Below are positions 10,326-19,781 of a DNA stretch of 64,000 nt, in pieces. Every line of letters begins with the position of its first letter. Position 1 is the stretch's first letter. The stretch covers positions 1,526,718 to 1,590,717 of the forward strand of contig OZ244789.1 of NCBI GenBank assembly GCA_965219705.1. Direction: 5' to 3'. The notes beneath the pieces were generated by a model. The model saw only the letters and a list, made by a program, of their open reading frames with translations, had not been told where the DNA came from and made no database searches. Origin of the DNA: Chloroflexota bacterium. Lineage in GTDB: Bacteria > Chloroflexota > UBA11872. The translations under genes and the position numbers were made by a program.

Positions 10326-10485
10326 AAAAGAACGGGAGCGGGCGTACGAGCCTGAAAACGCCGCGATTCCCACTGGTGGGACCCATGGTCACCCATGGGA
10401 AGTCGCTGGGAGCTGGGCGTCAATGCCACGTCCAAGTATGGCACGGCGGCGATCACCCCGGTGGAATGGCCTCGGGGCACCGGGC

Positions 10486-13170
10486 CTATAGCTCCTCCAT
10501 GTCGCGCCAGTTGGCGCCCACGCGCGCGTCGACGACGAGGGGCACGCGCAGCGGATACGCCTGCGTCATGCTCGCCGTTGCCAGCGGGACCACGGCGTCG
10601 AGCTCGCCGTGGGGCACCTCCAGCACCAGCTCGTCGTGAACTTGCAGCAACATCCGGGCCGACAACGCATGCCGCTCAAGTTCACCGTCCAGTTGGATCA
10701 TGGCGATCTTGATGATGTCCGCCGCGGCGCCCTGGATGGGCATGTTCACGGCCACGCGCTCGGTTGCCGCGCGCTGGTGAAACGCACGCGCCCTGAGCCC
10801 CGGCAGATAGCGGCGCCGCCCGAGCATCGTCTGGACGTAGCCGCGCTCGTGGGCCTCGGCGATGGTGCGATCCATGTAGGCCTTGACGCCGGGATAGGTC
10901 GCGAAATAGGTGTCGATGAATGCCTGCGCCTCCTCGAACGTCATCTCGGTGCGCTGCGCCAGCCCTTGGGCGCTGATGCCGTAGACGATGCCGAAGTTCG
11001 TGGTCTTGGCCAGGCGGCGCATGTCGGAGGTCACGTCCGCGATCCCCACGCCGTAGAGACGCGCGGCGGTTGCGGCGTGAATGTCCTGCCCCTCCTGAAA
11101 CGCGGTGCACATGGCCGCGTCCTCGCTCGCGTGGGCCAGCACCCGCAGCTCGATCTGTGAGTAGTCGATGGCGAGCAGCGCGAGGTCGTCGGCGCCGGAG
11201 ACGAAGGCCCGCCGGATCTCGCGTCCGCGCTCGGTGCGGATCGGAATGTTTTGTAGATTCGGGTTCGCCGACGAGAGCCGTCCCGTGGCGGCCACCGCCT
11301 GATTGAAGCTGGTGTGGAGGCGCCCCGTATCCGGGACGACCAGATTGGCGAGCGCGTCGGCATAGGTCGACTTGAGCTTGGCGACGGCGCGGTAGTCCAG
11401 CACCCGCCGCACCACCGGGTGCGCGTCCACCAGGCCCTCGAGCACGCCCATGGCCGTGGAGTATCCCGATTTGGTCTTGCGGCCCGCCGGCAGGCCCAGT
11501 TTCTCGAACAGCACGGGCCCAAGTTGCTTGGGCGAGTTGATGTTGAAGGGCCCACCCGCGTCCGCGTGGACGGCCGCCGCCAGGGCCTCGATCTCGCCTT
11601 GCATGGCTTCGGACAGGTCCCGCAGCGCCTGCACGTCGATCGCCACGCCCCGGCTCTCGATGTCAGCCAGCACGCCGGCCAGCGGCATCTCGACCTCGCG
11701 CAGGATGTGCGTCAGGTCGTTCGCGTCCAGGTCGTCCTCCAAGCCGGGCGCCAGGCGCAGGCATGCGTCGGCGCGCGGGGCCAGGGCCTGCGCGATCTCC
11801 TCCGGCGACAGGGTCTCCAGCGTGTTTGGCGGCGGGGCGTCGACCATCGGCGGCGCCAGCGTCTCGCCGAACCGGCGAAACACCAGATCGTCGATGGTTT
11901 GGGGCGTGGCGTCGGCGTCAACCAGATAGGCCGCCAGCAGCAGGTCGAGGTGCACGCCGCCCAGGTCGAGCCCACAGCCGGCAAGGCCGCGGCGCAGCAG
12001 CTTGGAGTCGAAGACGACCTTGGCGTGGTCGGGGGAGGCCAACCAGGCCTGGAGTTGGCGCAGGAGGTCCGCAGCGTTCGGGGCGCCGGGAACGTAGACC
12101 CAGGCATCGTCCCAGGCGACGCCAAGGCCGCAGAGATCGGGGCCTGAGCGGGTGTCCCGCAGCAGCGGGAACACGCCGGCTCGCTCGACGGTGCGCAGCC
12201 GGTCGGCAAGCTCGCCGGCCGCCGCGGCTGTGGCGACGATTTGCGGGGCGATGCGGACGGCCGCAGCCGTAGCGTCGGCGGCGGGCTCCGCGGGGCTGAA
12301 GGGCAGGCGTTCCAGCAGCGTGCGAAATTGGAGTTCGTGCATGAGCGCCGTGGTCGCCGCCTTGTCGGGCTGCCACAGGCGCGCCCGGTCCTCGTCGAAC
12401 GCGACCGGCAGATCGGTGACGATGCGCGCCAGCTCGCGCGAGAGCTCGGCCCGGTCCCGCTGGTGCTCGAGCCGGCGGCGCGCCGCCGGCGGCACGTCGT
12501 CCAGGTGCGCGTAGATGTCGTCGATGTCCGTGAACTGCTGGAGGAGCTTGGCCGCGGTCTTTTCGCCGATGCCCGCGACGCCGGGGATGTTGTCGGAGGC
12601 GTCGCCCTGCAAGCCCTTGAAGTCCACGACTTGCTCCGGCTGAACGCCCCAGCGTTTCTGGATCGCCGCTTCGTCGTAGATCACCGGCTCGCCCGTGCGC
12701 GGGTTGCTGCTGAGCACCCGCACGTGCGGCGTCACGAGTTGGTAGGCGTCGCGGTCCCCAGTGACGAGGAACACCTCGAAACCGGCGCGCTCCGCCTGCA
12801 CCGCCAGCGTGCCGAGCAGGTCGTCGGCCTCATAGCCCTCGAGCTCGTAGGCCGGAATGCCGAAGGCGTCGAGCAGCTCGCGAACGCGCCCGAACTGCAC
12901 CACCAAGGCATCGTCCGTCTCGGGTCGGCCGGCCTTGTAGTCCTCGAAGAGCTGGTCGCGAAAGGTCTTGCCCGGGAGATCGAAGGCCGCGGCCGCGTGC
13001 GTCGGCGCGAGCAGGTCGACGATCCGCAACAGGGTGGTCGTAAAGCCGAACACCGCGTTGGTGGGCTCGCCGGAGGCGGTGGTGAAGTGCTTGGGCACCG
13101 CGTGATAGGCCCGGTGCAGCAGGGACGCCACGTCGAGGACGATCAGGCGGGGGCGTTGCTCGGTCGCCAT
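10486..13170 (-). CDS. polA: DNA polymerase I
   Basis: 5'-3' exonuclease N-terminus (YEADD, GDASDNIPG), TGRLSSANPNLQNIP, DYSQIELR, QVHDEL. Confidence 0.98.
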   Translation of the reverse strand: MATEQRPRLIVLDVASLLHRAYHAVPKHFTTASGEPTNAVFGFTTTLLRIVDLLAPTHAAAAFDLPGKTFRDQLFEDYKAGRPETDDALVVQFGRVRELLDAFGIPAYELEGYEADDLLGTLAVQAERAGFEVFLVTGDRDAYQLVTPHVRVLSSNPRTGEPVIYDEAAIQKRWGVQPEQVVDFKGLQGDASDNIPGVAGIGEKTAAKLLQQFTDIDDIYAHLDDVPPAARRRLEHQRDRAELSRELARIVTDLPVAFDEDRARLWQPDKAATTALMHELQFRTLLERLPFSPAEPAADATAAAVRIAPQIVATAAAAGELADRLRTVERAGVFPLLRDTRSGPDLCGLGVAWDDAWVYVPGAPNAADLLRQLQAWLASPDHAKVVFDSKLLRRGLAGCGLDLGGVHLDLLLAAYLVDADATPQTIDDLVFRRFGETLAPPMVDAPPPNTLETLSPEEIAQALAPRADACLRLAPGLEDDLDANDLTHILREVEMPLAGVLADIESRGVAIDVQALRDLSEAMQGEIEALAAAVHADAGGPFNINSPKQLGPVLFEKLGLPAGRKTKSGYSTAMGVLEGLVDAHPVVRRVLDYRAVAKLKSTYADALANLVVPDTGRLHTSFNQAVAATGRLSSANPNLQNIPIRTERGREIRRAFVSGADDLALLAIDYSQIELRVLAHASEDAAMCTAFQEGQDIHAATAARLYGVGIADVTSDMRRLAKTTNFGIVYGISAQGLAQRTEMTFEEAQAFIDTYFATYPGVKAYMDRTIAEAHERGYVQTMLGRRRYLPGLRARAFHQRAATERVAVNMPIQGAAADIIKIAMIQLDGELERHALSARMLLQVHDELVLEVPHGELDAVVPLATASMTQAYPLRVPLVVDARVGANWRDMEEL

Positions 13171-13234
13171 GGGCGGCAGTGTACGCAGGGTGGAACCCGG
13201 ACGGCTGGCCTCCGGCTGGGGACGGACGGTGGCG

Positions 13235-14041
13235 TTACTCGGGGCGGAACAGCTCGAGCGAGAGGTGCGGCGCGCGGCCGCCGCGCCGCAGGTTCACGAT
13301 CTCCGCGATGATGGCCAGCGCGATCTCGGAGGGCGTGCGGCTGCCAATCTCCAGGCCGATCGGGGCGTAGACGCGGTGGAATTTGGCGGGGGAAACCCCT
13401 TCCGCCAGCAACGTCTGGTGCACGATGTGCACGCGGCGGCGGCTCCCGATCATGCCGATGTACGGCGCGGGCGTGTCCAGGAGGAGGCGCAGCGACTCCT
13501 CATCGAAGCGATGCGCGCGCGTCACGAGCACGACGTAGGTGACCGGATCGACGCGCAGCTCGGTGAAGAACTCGTGCAGTGGCTGCACCACCACGCGGTC
13601 GGCGGTCGGAAAGCGCTCGCGGTTGGCGTAGTCGGCACGATCGTCCACCACCCAGGTCTCGAACTCCAGCACGTCGGCACAGCGGGCCAGCGGTTGGGCG
13701 ATGTGCCCGGCCCCAGCGATGACAAGGCGCGGCGTGGGCACGACGGGGTCGAAGAAGACCTTCACATAGGCCGAAGCCCGCCGCGATGAGGCGCTGCCGT
13801 CGGGCGCGTAGGTGCGCGTGACCGGCTCCCCGGCCCGGAGGGCGTCGGCCGCATCGCGAACTACTGCCGCATCGAGCGCCTCGGACCCGACCGTGCCCAT
13901 CAGTCGGCTGTCAGGCTCGCAGCGCGCCTTGAAACCAATGTCGACGCCGGGCACGCCGCGCACGCCGGCCACGTAGATGAAAACCTGTGGCGTTCGCGAG
14001 GCGATGGCGCGCAGCGCCACCGCGGCCGCGTGCGTGGTCAT
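13235..14041 (-). CDS. XdhC/CoxI family accessory protein (Rossmann C-terminal domain)
   Basis: GAGHIA, YIGMIGSRRR, APIGLEIGSRTPSEIA. Confidence 0.9.
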   Translation of the reverse strand: MTTHAAAVALRAIASRTPQVFIYVAGVRGVPGVDIGFKARCEPDSRLMGTVGSEALDAAVVRDAADALRAGEPVTRTYAPDGSASSRRASAYVKVFFDPVVPTPRLVIAGAGHIAQPLARCADVLEFETWVVDDRADYANRERFPTADRVVVQPLHEFFTELRVDPVTYVVLVTRAHRFDEESLRLLLDTPAPYIGMIGSRRRVHIVHQTLLAEGVSPAKFHRVYAPIGLEIGSRTPSEIALAIIAEIVNLRRGGRAPHLSLELFRPE

Positions 14042-14367
14042 GCCACTGCCGCGGCGGAGGCCTCCCATGCCTCGATCAGCACGTCGAGCGTGCCGCCGCA
14101 CACGTCCCCTTCCCCGCGCACGTCATCGACGAGGTCGATCTCGATGTTGCGCGCGCGGCCGTCGGCCAGGGTTCGCCGGGCGCTGGCCCGCACGTCGGAC
14201 TCGACGCAGCCGCCGCCGACGGTGCCCCAGCTCGATCCGTCCGCGAAGAAGAGCATGCGCGCGCCGATGCGCTGCGGAGTCGAGCCGCGGCTGCCGACCA
14301 CCATCGCCGCGGCGACGCGCTCGCCGCGGTGGGTGCGTTCCAGGATCTGCCGGAAGAAGGGCTCCAT
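14038..14367 (-). CDS. XdhC/CoxI N-terminal domain protein
   Basis: GSTPQRIGARM, GTVGGGCVE, CGG; ATG at 14367. Confidence 0.88.
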   Translation of the reverse strand: MEPFFRQILERTHRGERVAAAMVVGSRGSTPQRIGARMLFFADGSSWGTVGGGCVESDVRASARRTLADGRARNIEIDLVDDVRGEGDVCGGTLDVLIEAWEASAAAVA

Positions 14368-14490
14368 GAGCGTAAGTCTAGCCGAGCGCCGGCCGCGCCG
14401 TCCCCTGGTCGTTCGGCGCCCGCCTGGCGGCGGGCAACCGCAGGGATTGCCCTTCCGCATTGATTCGTGCGACGCGTGTGCTAGCGTCAA

Positions 14491-15552
14491 ATGGCCGCGA
14501 CGATCACCGTGTGGAAGGCTCTGGCTGGGATCGCACTCTCGCGTGCGCTGACGGTGAATTTGGCGCCGTCCCATCGCGACGGTCTGGTGTTGCGCTCCCC
14601 CGTGCTGACGGCCTCGGGCACCTTTGGGTTCGGGGACGAATACCGCGACCTCGTCGACCTGAGCCGGATCGGCGCGATCGTCACGAAGACGGTCACGCCG
14701 GAGGCCCGCGAGGGCAATCCGACGCCGCGCACCGTCGAGACCCCCGCCGGCATGCTCAACTCGATCGGCTTGCCGAATCCAGGCGCCGTGGACGTGGTGC
14801 GCGAGAAGACGCCCATCTGGCGCGAGCTGCCGTGCGCCGTGATCGTGAGTGTGTCCGCGCATGAGCCGGCGAGCTGGACCGCCCTGGCGGGGGCCTTCGA
14901 CGGGATCCCCAACGTCCGTGCCATCGAGGCGAACCTCTCGTGCCCCAACGTCGCCGGCGGGCTGGACTTTTCGGCCACGCCGGAAGCCGCGGCCGCCACC
15001 GTGGCGGCGGTGCGCTCCGGCACGGAGTTGCCGGTGATCGCCAAGCTGTCACCCAACGCCGGCGATATCCGGCCCATCGCGCGGGCGGTGGAGGACGCGG
15101 GGGCGCACGCGATCTCGTTGATCAATACGATCCTGGGACTGGTGGTTGACGTGGACCGCCGGCGTGCGTTCCTTGGCGCCGGCAGCGGCGGCGTATCGGG
15201 ACCGGCGATTCGCCCCGTGGCCCTGCGCTTCGTGTATGAGGCGCGGCAGGTCGTGAGCGTGCCGATCGTGGGCATCGGGGGGATCGCCTCGACGTCGGAC
15301 GCGCTGCAATTCCTGTTGGCCGGGGCGGCGGCGGTGCAGGTGGGGACGGCCACGTTTCGTGAGCCGCGCACGGCGCCGATGATTACCGACGGCCTGGCGG
15401 CGTACGCCGGCGATCACGGCCTGACCTCGCTGCAAGAGATCGTGGGCGCGGCGCAGCCAGCGTCCCACGGCGCAGCGACCGCAGCCACCCGTCATTCCCG
15501 TGCTGGGACCGATGGGCGCGCTATTCCCTCTCCCTTGATGGGAGAGGGTTAG
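14491..15552 (+). CDS. pyrD: Dihydroorotate dehydrogenase (family 1B catalytic subunit)
   Basis: ASGTFG, NSIGLPNPG, NLSCPN, KLSPN, GGVSGPAIRP; true start may be GTG 14554; the C-terminus runs into REP sequence. Confidence 0.95.
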   Translation: MAATITVWKALAGIALSRALTVNLAPSHRDGLVLRSPVLTASGTFGFGDEYRDLVDLSRIGAIVTKTVTPEAREGNPTPRTVETPAGMLNSIGLPNPGAVDVVREKTPIWRELPCAVIVSVSAHEPASWTALAGAFDGIPNVRAIEANLSCPNVAGGLDFSATPEAAAATVAAVRSGTELPVIAKLSPNAGDIRPIARAVEDAGAHAISLINTILGLVVDVDRRRAFLGAGSGGVSGPAIRPVALRFVYEARQVVSVPIVGIGGIASTSDALQFLLAGAAAVQVGTATFREPRTAPMITDGLAAYAGDHGLTSLQEIVGAAQPASHGAATAATRHSRAGTDGRAIPSPLMGEG

Positions 15553-15620
15553 GGTGAGGGTGACGCCCCACCGCGCATTGCCCCCTCGTTCTCACCTTCT
15601 CCCACACCAGGGGAGAAGGG
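15489..15620 (+). repeat. REP cluster (GTCATTCC head plus paired CCCTCTCCC/GGGAGAGGG palindromes)
   Basis: CCGTCATTCCCG at 15489; CCCTCTCCC-TTGAT-GGGAGAGGG-TTAGGGTGAGGG at 15526; opposed copy CCTTCTCCC...GGGAGAAGG ending near 15620; lies between convergent genes. Confidence 0.75.
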
Positions 15621-15653
15621 ACCGGACGCGGGAATTCGCCGGCGTCCCCGCCG

Positions 15654-16706
15654 TCAGCGGCCGAAGTGGATGTGGAGGACGTCGCGGTCGGCCAGCGGAT
15701 GGTCGCGCCCGACGCGCTGGAGCCGGCCGGCGGCGCGTAACGGCGCCAGACCGCCGGCGGCAATGACCTGGTCGCACGGCGCCACTTCGGCGCCGATGAA
15801 GCGCTGCGCGAAGTCGGTATGAATGGTCGCCGCGGCCTCCAGGGCGGTGCCGCCGGTCGGCAGAAGCCAGGCCGTGGCGGCGGCCCGATTGGCCGTGTAG
15901 AAGATTTGCAGCGCAGCCGCCTGCATGACGGCAGCGCCGACGCGGTCCGCGGCCGTGCCCCGCAGGCCCAGGTCGTCCCGGAAGGCATCGGCGTCGTCAG
16001 GCTCCAATTCCCAACAATCAGCCTCGGTCTCCCCGGCAACGACGGCGCAGCCGGGGAGGTTGTCGGTTGCAGGCGCTGCGGCGCGCGCGTCGCCGTCGGC
16101 AACGTTCATCACCAGGGCGCGCGGTTTGGCGGCGAACAGCCCAAAACCCCGCAGTTCACGCCGGTCGTCGGGCGTCAACGCCGCAGGATCGAGCACCGCG
16201 GACGCCGCGAGTTGCTGGCGTGTGCGGCCGAGCAGCTCGAAGGTGTGCTGTGCCTCGCGCCGCTCAACGCGCGGGCCGCGGGTGGCGCGCTCGTGGGCGC
16301 GCGCGGCCGCGCGGTCGAGGACATCGAGGTCCCAGAGTGCAAGCTCGGTTGCGAGATCATCGGCGCTGCTGCGCAGGGCAGTCTTCACATCAGCCCCAGT
16401 TTCTCGATGTATGACGAACGCCAGGACGTCGGCGGTTCGCAGCTCGCCCACCCAGGCGGGATTGGCATCGGCGCCAAGCCCCAGCCCGTATCCGGGAAAG
16501 TGCCACAGCGCGAGTTGGGCCTGGACCACCGACTGCGACGCCATGACCTCGGCCAAGCGCTGCAATCGGTGGTCGGGTAGGCGCAGGGTGCCGATTCGGC
16601 GCGGCAGTCGGTCGCGGGACTCGACGACCTGCGGGCCGACGGCGGCGTCGAACACCAGGTCGATGCCGCTGTCTGGACCGCCGATCAGCGCGACGGTCGG
16701 CAGCAT
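15654..16706 (-). CDS. YchF/DUF933-like protein with degenerate P-loop
   Basis: C-terminal FYTA...AW...GGTALEAAATIHTDF...FIGAEV...GRDH...DRDVL matches the YchF TGS-like tail; G1 reads GGPDSGID; start uncertain. Confidence 0.8.
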   Translation of the reverse strand: MLPTVALIGGPDSGIDLVFDAAVGPQVVESRDRLPRRIGTLRLPDHRLQRLAEVMASQSVVQAQLALWHFPGYGLGLGADANPAWVGELRTADVLAFVIHRETGADVKTALRSSADDLATELALWDLDVLDRAAARAHERATRGPRVERREAQHTFELLGRTRQQLAASAVLDPAALTPDDRRELRGFGLFAAKPRALVMNVADGDARAAAPATDNLPGCAVVAGETEADCWELEPDDADAFRDDLGLRGTAADRVGAAVMQAAALQIFYTANRAAATAWLLPTGGTALEAAATIHTDFAQRFIGAEVAPCDQVIAAGGLAPLRAAGRLQRVGRDHPLADRDVLHIHFGR

Positions 16707-16809
16707 GTTGCTCCTCTCGACCGGCGCGGCCGCAGGCGCGGGGTCCATTGGTATAGTAAGGCGGTAGGTGACCGTAGCCTGCCCCGCTTCATCAACCTCA
16801 GGTTGGGCC

Positions 16810-17097
16810 ATGCCCGCACCCAAAGAACTCAAACGTCAGCGTGCACGCGCAAAAGGCGTGCGGCGCGAGCAATTCAGGCGCACCCGCAACGCGAGCGTGC
16901 GCTCGGCGGTGCGGCGCCTGGTCAGGCGCGCGCGTACGGCCATTGACGAGGGCGACGCGGCGGCCGGAGAGGCCGTGCGGGCTGCTCAGGCGGCGCTGGA
17001 CAGCGCGGCGCGGCGCGGGATCGTTCCGCAGAACGCGGCCGCGCGACGGCTTGGGCGGCTGGTGAAGCGACAGCGCGCGGTGGAGGACGCCGCCTAG
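16810..17097 (+). CDS. rpsT: 30S ribosomal protein S20
   Basis: Basic 95-aa ORF, RNASVRSAVR...LDSAARRGIVPQNAAARR; convergent with holA as is common. Confidence 0.9.
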   Translation: MPAPKELKRQRARAKGVRREQFRRTRNASVRSAVRRLVRRARTAIDEGDAAAGEAVRAAQAALDSAARRGIVPQNAAARRLGRLVKRQRAVEDAA

Positions 17098-18074
17098 CGT
17101 CGCACCGGCGGGGTCGCCAGCCGCGCCGTCAGAATCTCGAGCAGCGCGTCTTCGTCGCTGCCGGTCGATTTGAGCGCGCGATCGGTGCGCACCACCTCGC
17201 CGTACATGCGCTCCAGCAAACGCGGCGACGTGCGTCGGGCCTGCGCGTGCAGCTCACGCGCTCGAAAGGGTGGCACGCCCGCACGGCGCGCAACTTCCTT
17301 GGTATCGCCGCCCGCGTCGTGCACGGCCCTGGCCGTGGCCAGCCGCCGCAGGGCCGTGCCGATGTCGGCCAGGATCATCTGCTTGGGCGCCCGCAGCCCC
17401 AGCAGATCGTGGAGGACGCCCAGCGCCCGGCGCGGCTGCTGCGCCGAGACGGCGTTGATGTAGTCCCAGCGCCGGTGCTCGCCGATCGTGGCCGAGGCCG
17501 CGTCCACGTCGTCCATGTCCAGCCTGCCGCCGAACCCCGCGTAGGCGGCCAGTTTGTCGACCTCGCACGCGAGCAGACCGGCGTCGGGCGTGACGATCTC
17601 CACCAATCGCTCGGCCGCCGCATCCTCCAGACGCACGCCCTGGCGTTGCGCCAGCCGCTGCGCGAACTGCGCCGCCCGCCGCTCATCCAGCGGACGCACC
17701 TGCCGCACCTGCACTCCGGCCGCCTCGAGCTTCATGAACGCCTGGACGCGCGAGCGGCTGCGGCGGTCGCCCAAGTCCAGATAGGCCAGCACCGCGAGAT
17801 CGCACGGCGCATCCGAGCCCGCGCCTGCAAAGGCAGCCAGCCAGGGCATGACCTTCTTGTCGCCGGCGACCAGCGCCTGGGCGTTGCTCAGCAGCACCTT
17901 GCGGCGCCCACCGAACATATCGATCGCGCTGCATGCCTGGGCGACCGCGACGAGTGACGTGTCGGCCCCGTCGAGGCGCGTGAGCGACAGGTCGTCAGCC
18001 TCGGCCAGACCAAGCGCGATGCGCGCCTCGTCGTGAATGCGGGGCTCACGCGCGCCAAGGAACACGTAGAGCAT
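17094..18074 (-). CDS. holA: DNA polymerase III delta subunit
   Basis: LYVFLG start, MFGGRRKVLL, EVDKLAAY, DRALKS; adjacent to rpsT. Confidence 0.85.
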   Translation of the reverse strand: MLYVFLGAREPRIHDEARIALGLAEADDLSLTRLDGADTSLVAVAQACSAIDMFGGRRKVLLSNAQALVAGDKKVMPWLAAFAGAGSDAPCDLAVLAYLDLGDRRSRSRVQAFMKLEAAGVQVRQVRPLDERRAAQFAQRLAQRQGVRLEDAAAERLVEIVTPDAGLLACEVDKLAAYAGFGGRLDMDDVDAASATIGEHRRWDYINAVSAQQPRRALGVLHDLLGLRAPKQMILADIGTALRRLATARAVHDAGGDTKEVARRAGVPPFRARELHAQARRTSPRLLERMYGEVVRTDRALKSTGSDEDALLEILTARLATPPVRR

Positions 18075-18224
18075 CCGCGCGGCCTCCCCACACCCGCAAC
18101 GCTCAAGGGTACGGCGCGGCCCGGCGTCCCGGCGAACGCCGTTCAGACGTTGACACCGGCAGGCGGCGCGCCCATGCTGGCACGCCTAGAGCAATCCGCG
18201 GCGGTGGTTAACGAGGGGGTAGTC

Positions 18225-19550
18225 GTGGCGACGCAGGCGACGAGCGGCCGCATCGATCGGGAGTTTGTCGACGCCAATCCGGGATCGAGGGCGCTGTACG
18301 CCCGCGCTCGCCAGGTGATCGCCGGCGGCGTAACGCACGACGTGCGCGTCCACTCGCCGTTCCCCGTGATGGTCGAGCGCGCGGAGGGCTCGCGGAAGTG
18401 GGACGTCGACGGCAACGAATACGTCGACTACACCATGGGGCACGGCGCCCTAATTCTGGGCCACGCGCATCCCGTCCCCACCCAGGCCGCGATTGCACAG
18501 CTCAGCCGCGGCACCCACTACGGCGCCAGCCACGAGATTGAGACCGAATGGGCCGAGCAAGTCTGCGCCATGGTGCCCAGCGTGGAGCGCGTGCGCTTCA
18601 CCGGCTCCGGGACGGAGGCCACGCTCATGGCCATGCGGCTGGCCCGCGCACACACCGGGCGCGAGCGCGTCGTGAAGTTCCACTACCACTTCCATGGCTG
18701 GCACGACTATGCGCACGTGGCCCAGTCGGATCCCCTGGACGTGCCGATGTCCGCCGGCATCCCCCAGGCCGTGCAGGATACGGTGACGGGCATTCCAACC
18801 GACCTGGACCGCGTGCGGGAGGAGCTGTCGAAGGGCGACGTGGCGGCGTTGATCGTCGAGCCCACGGGCGCGGGGTGGGGCGCCGTGCCGATGGAGCCGG
18901 CGTTCGTCAAGGCCCTGCCGGACCTGTGCCGCGAGCACGGCACCGTCTTCGTTTTGGACGAGGTCGTCACCGGGTTCCGGCTGTCACCGGGCGGCTATCA
19001 GGCGCTGCACGACATGCGCCCGGACCTGACGACGATGGCGAAGATTCTGGCCGGCGGGCTGCCCGGCGGGTGCGTCGGCGGCCGCGCGGACATTCTGATG
19101 AGGCTGGAGATGCGCGGCGATCCGTCGTGGGACCGCGGCCAGCGCATGGCGCACCCCGGCACCTTCAACGGCAACCCGCTGTCGGCCGCCACCGGTCTCG
19201 CCGTGCTGCGGCATATCGCCGACGGCGCCGTGCACGCGCAGATCGACGCCACCACGGCTCGGCTGCGTCAGGAGGTCCAAGACGTGTTCGACCGGCACGA
19301 CCTGGGTGCCATCGCCTACGGCGAGTCCTCCTACTGGCATGTGAGCATGGATGGGACGCCCTCCCGCGGCGGGATGTCGGGGAACGATGGCGCCGCCCTG
19401 CGCCGGGCGCTGCACAGCCACGGGGTGCACATCATGACCAGCGGCGGCCTGGTGTCGAGCGCGCATACCGACGAGGACATCGACCGCACGGTCGAAGCCT
19501 TCGAGGCCAGCGTGCGCGACCTGGAGGCGGACGGACTGGTGCGGAGCTAA
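18225..19550 (+). CDS. Class III aminotransferase (GSA aminomutase-like)
   Basis: WDVDGNEYVDY, SGTEAT, DEVVTGFR, AKILAGGLPGG, GTFNGNPL; GTG after GAGGGGG. Confidence 0.92.
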   Translation: MATQATSGRIDREFVDANPGSRALYARARQVIAGGVTHDVRVHSPFPVMVERAEGSRKWDVDGNEYVDYTMGHGALILGHAHPVPTQAAIAQLSRGTHYGASHEIETEWAEQVCAMVPSVERVRFTGSGTEATLMAMRLARAHTGRERVVKFHYHFHGWHDYAHVAQSDPLDVPMSAGIPQAVQDTVTGIPTDLDRVREELSKGDVAALIVEPTGAGWGAVPMEPAFVKALPDLCREHGTVFVLDEVVTGFRLSPGGYQALHDMRPDLTTMAKILAGGLPGGCVGGRADILMRLEMRGDPSWDRGQRMAHPGTFNGNPLSAATGLAVLRHIADGAVHAQIDATTARLRQEVQDVFDRHDLGAIAYGESSYWHVSMDGTPSRGGMSGNDGAALRRALHSHGVHIMTSGGLVSSAHTDEDIDRTVEAFEASVRDLEADGLVRS

Positions 19551-19553
19551 CGG

Positions 19554-19612
19554 CAGCCCGGCCAACCTCAATACGTAACCGCGGTTGGCTCCCCGGGAAA
19601 GCCCGCGGGCGG
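19554..19612 (+). repeat. 59-bp exact direct repeat of 21027-21085 (PhyH gene 3' end)
   Basis: CAGCCCGGCCAACCTCAATACGTAACC...GCCCGCGGGCGG is identical at both sites. Confidence 0.97.
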
Positions 19613-19613
19613 T

Positions 19614-19684
19614 GCGTTGGCCGCGCACACCGACGACCGAGGGCGGTTCATGCACGCCCATCGATAGGCCATAGCGCCTGATCC
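19614..19684 (-). pseudogene. Relic fragment of the sugar dehydrogenase C-terminal domain (copy of 22424-22494)
   Basis: 59/71 nt identity by manual alignment; IRRYGLSMGVHEPPSVVGVRGQR versus ITRYGLPMGVHELDSVVVVRGQR. Confidence 0.88.
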
Positions 19685-19781
19685 GTTCCCGTGTGGAAGT
19701 CATCACTCCCGGAGGCGGACAAGTCGTGATACTTTCGGGCCGTCACGCGCTGGAGTCCCAGGCGCGTCGCGGGTGCACCAT

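Noticed and set aside
13235-14367. XdhC genes as part of a selenium-dependent molybdenum hydroxylase system with selD
   Set aside because: More than 40 kb from selD, and no yqeB/yqeC or hydroxylase genes in the window.
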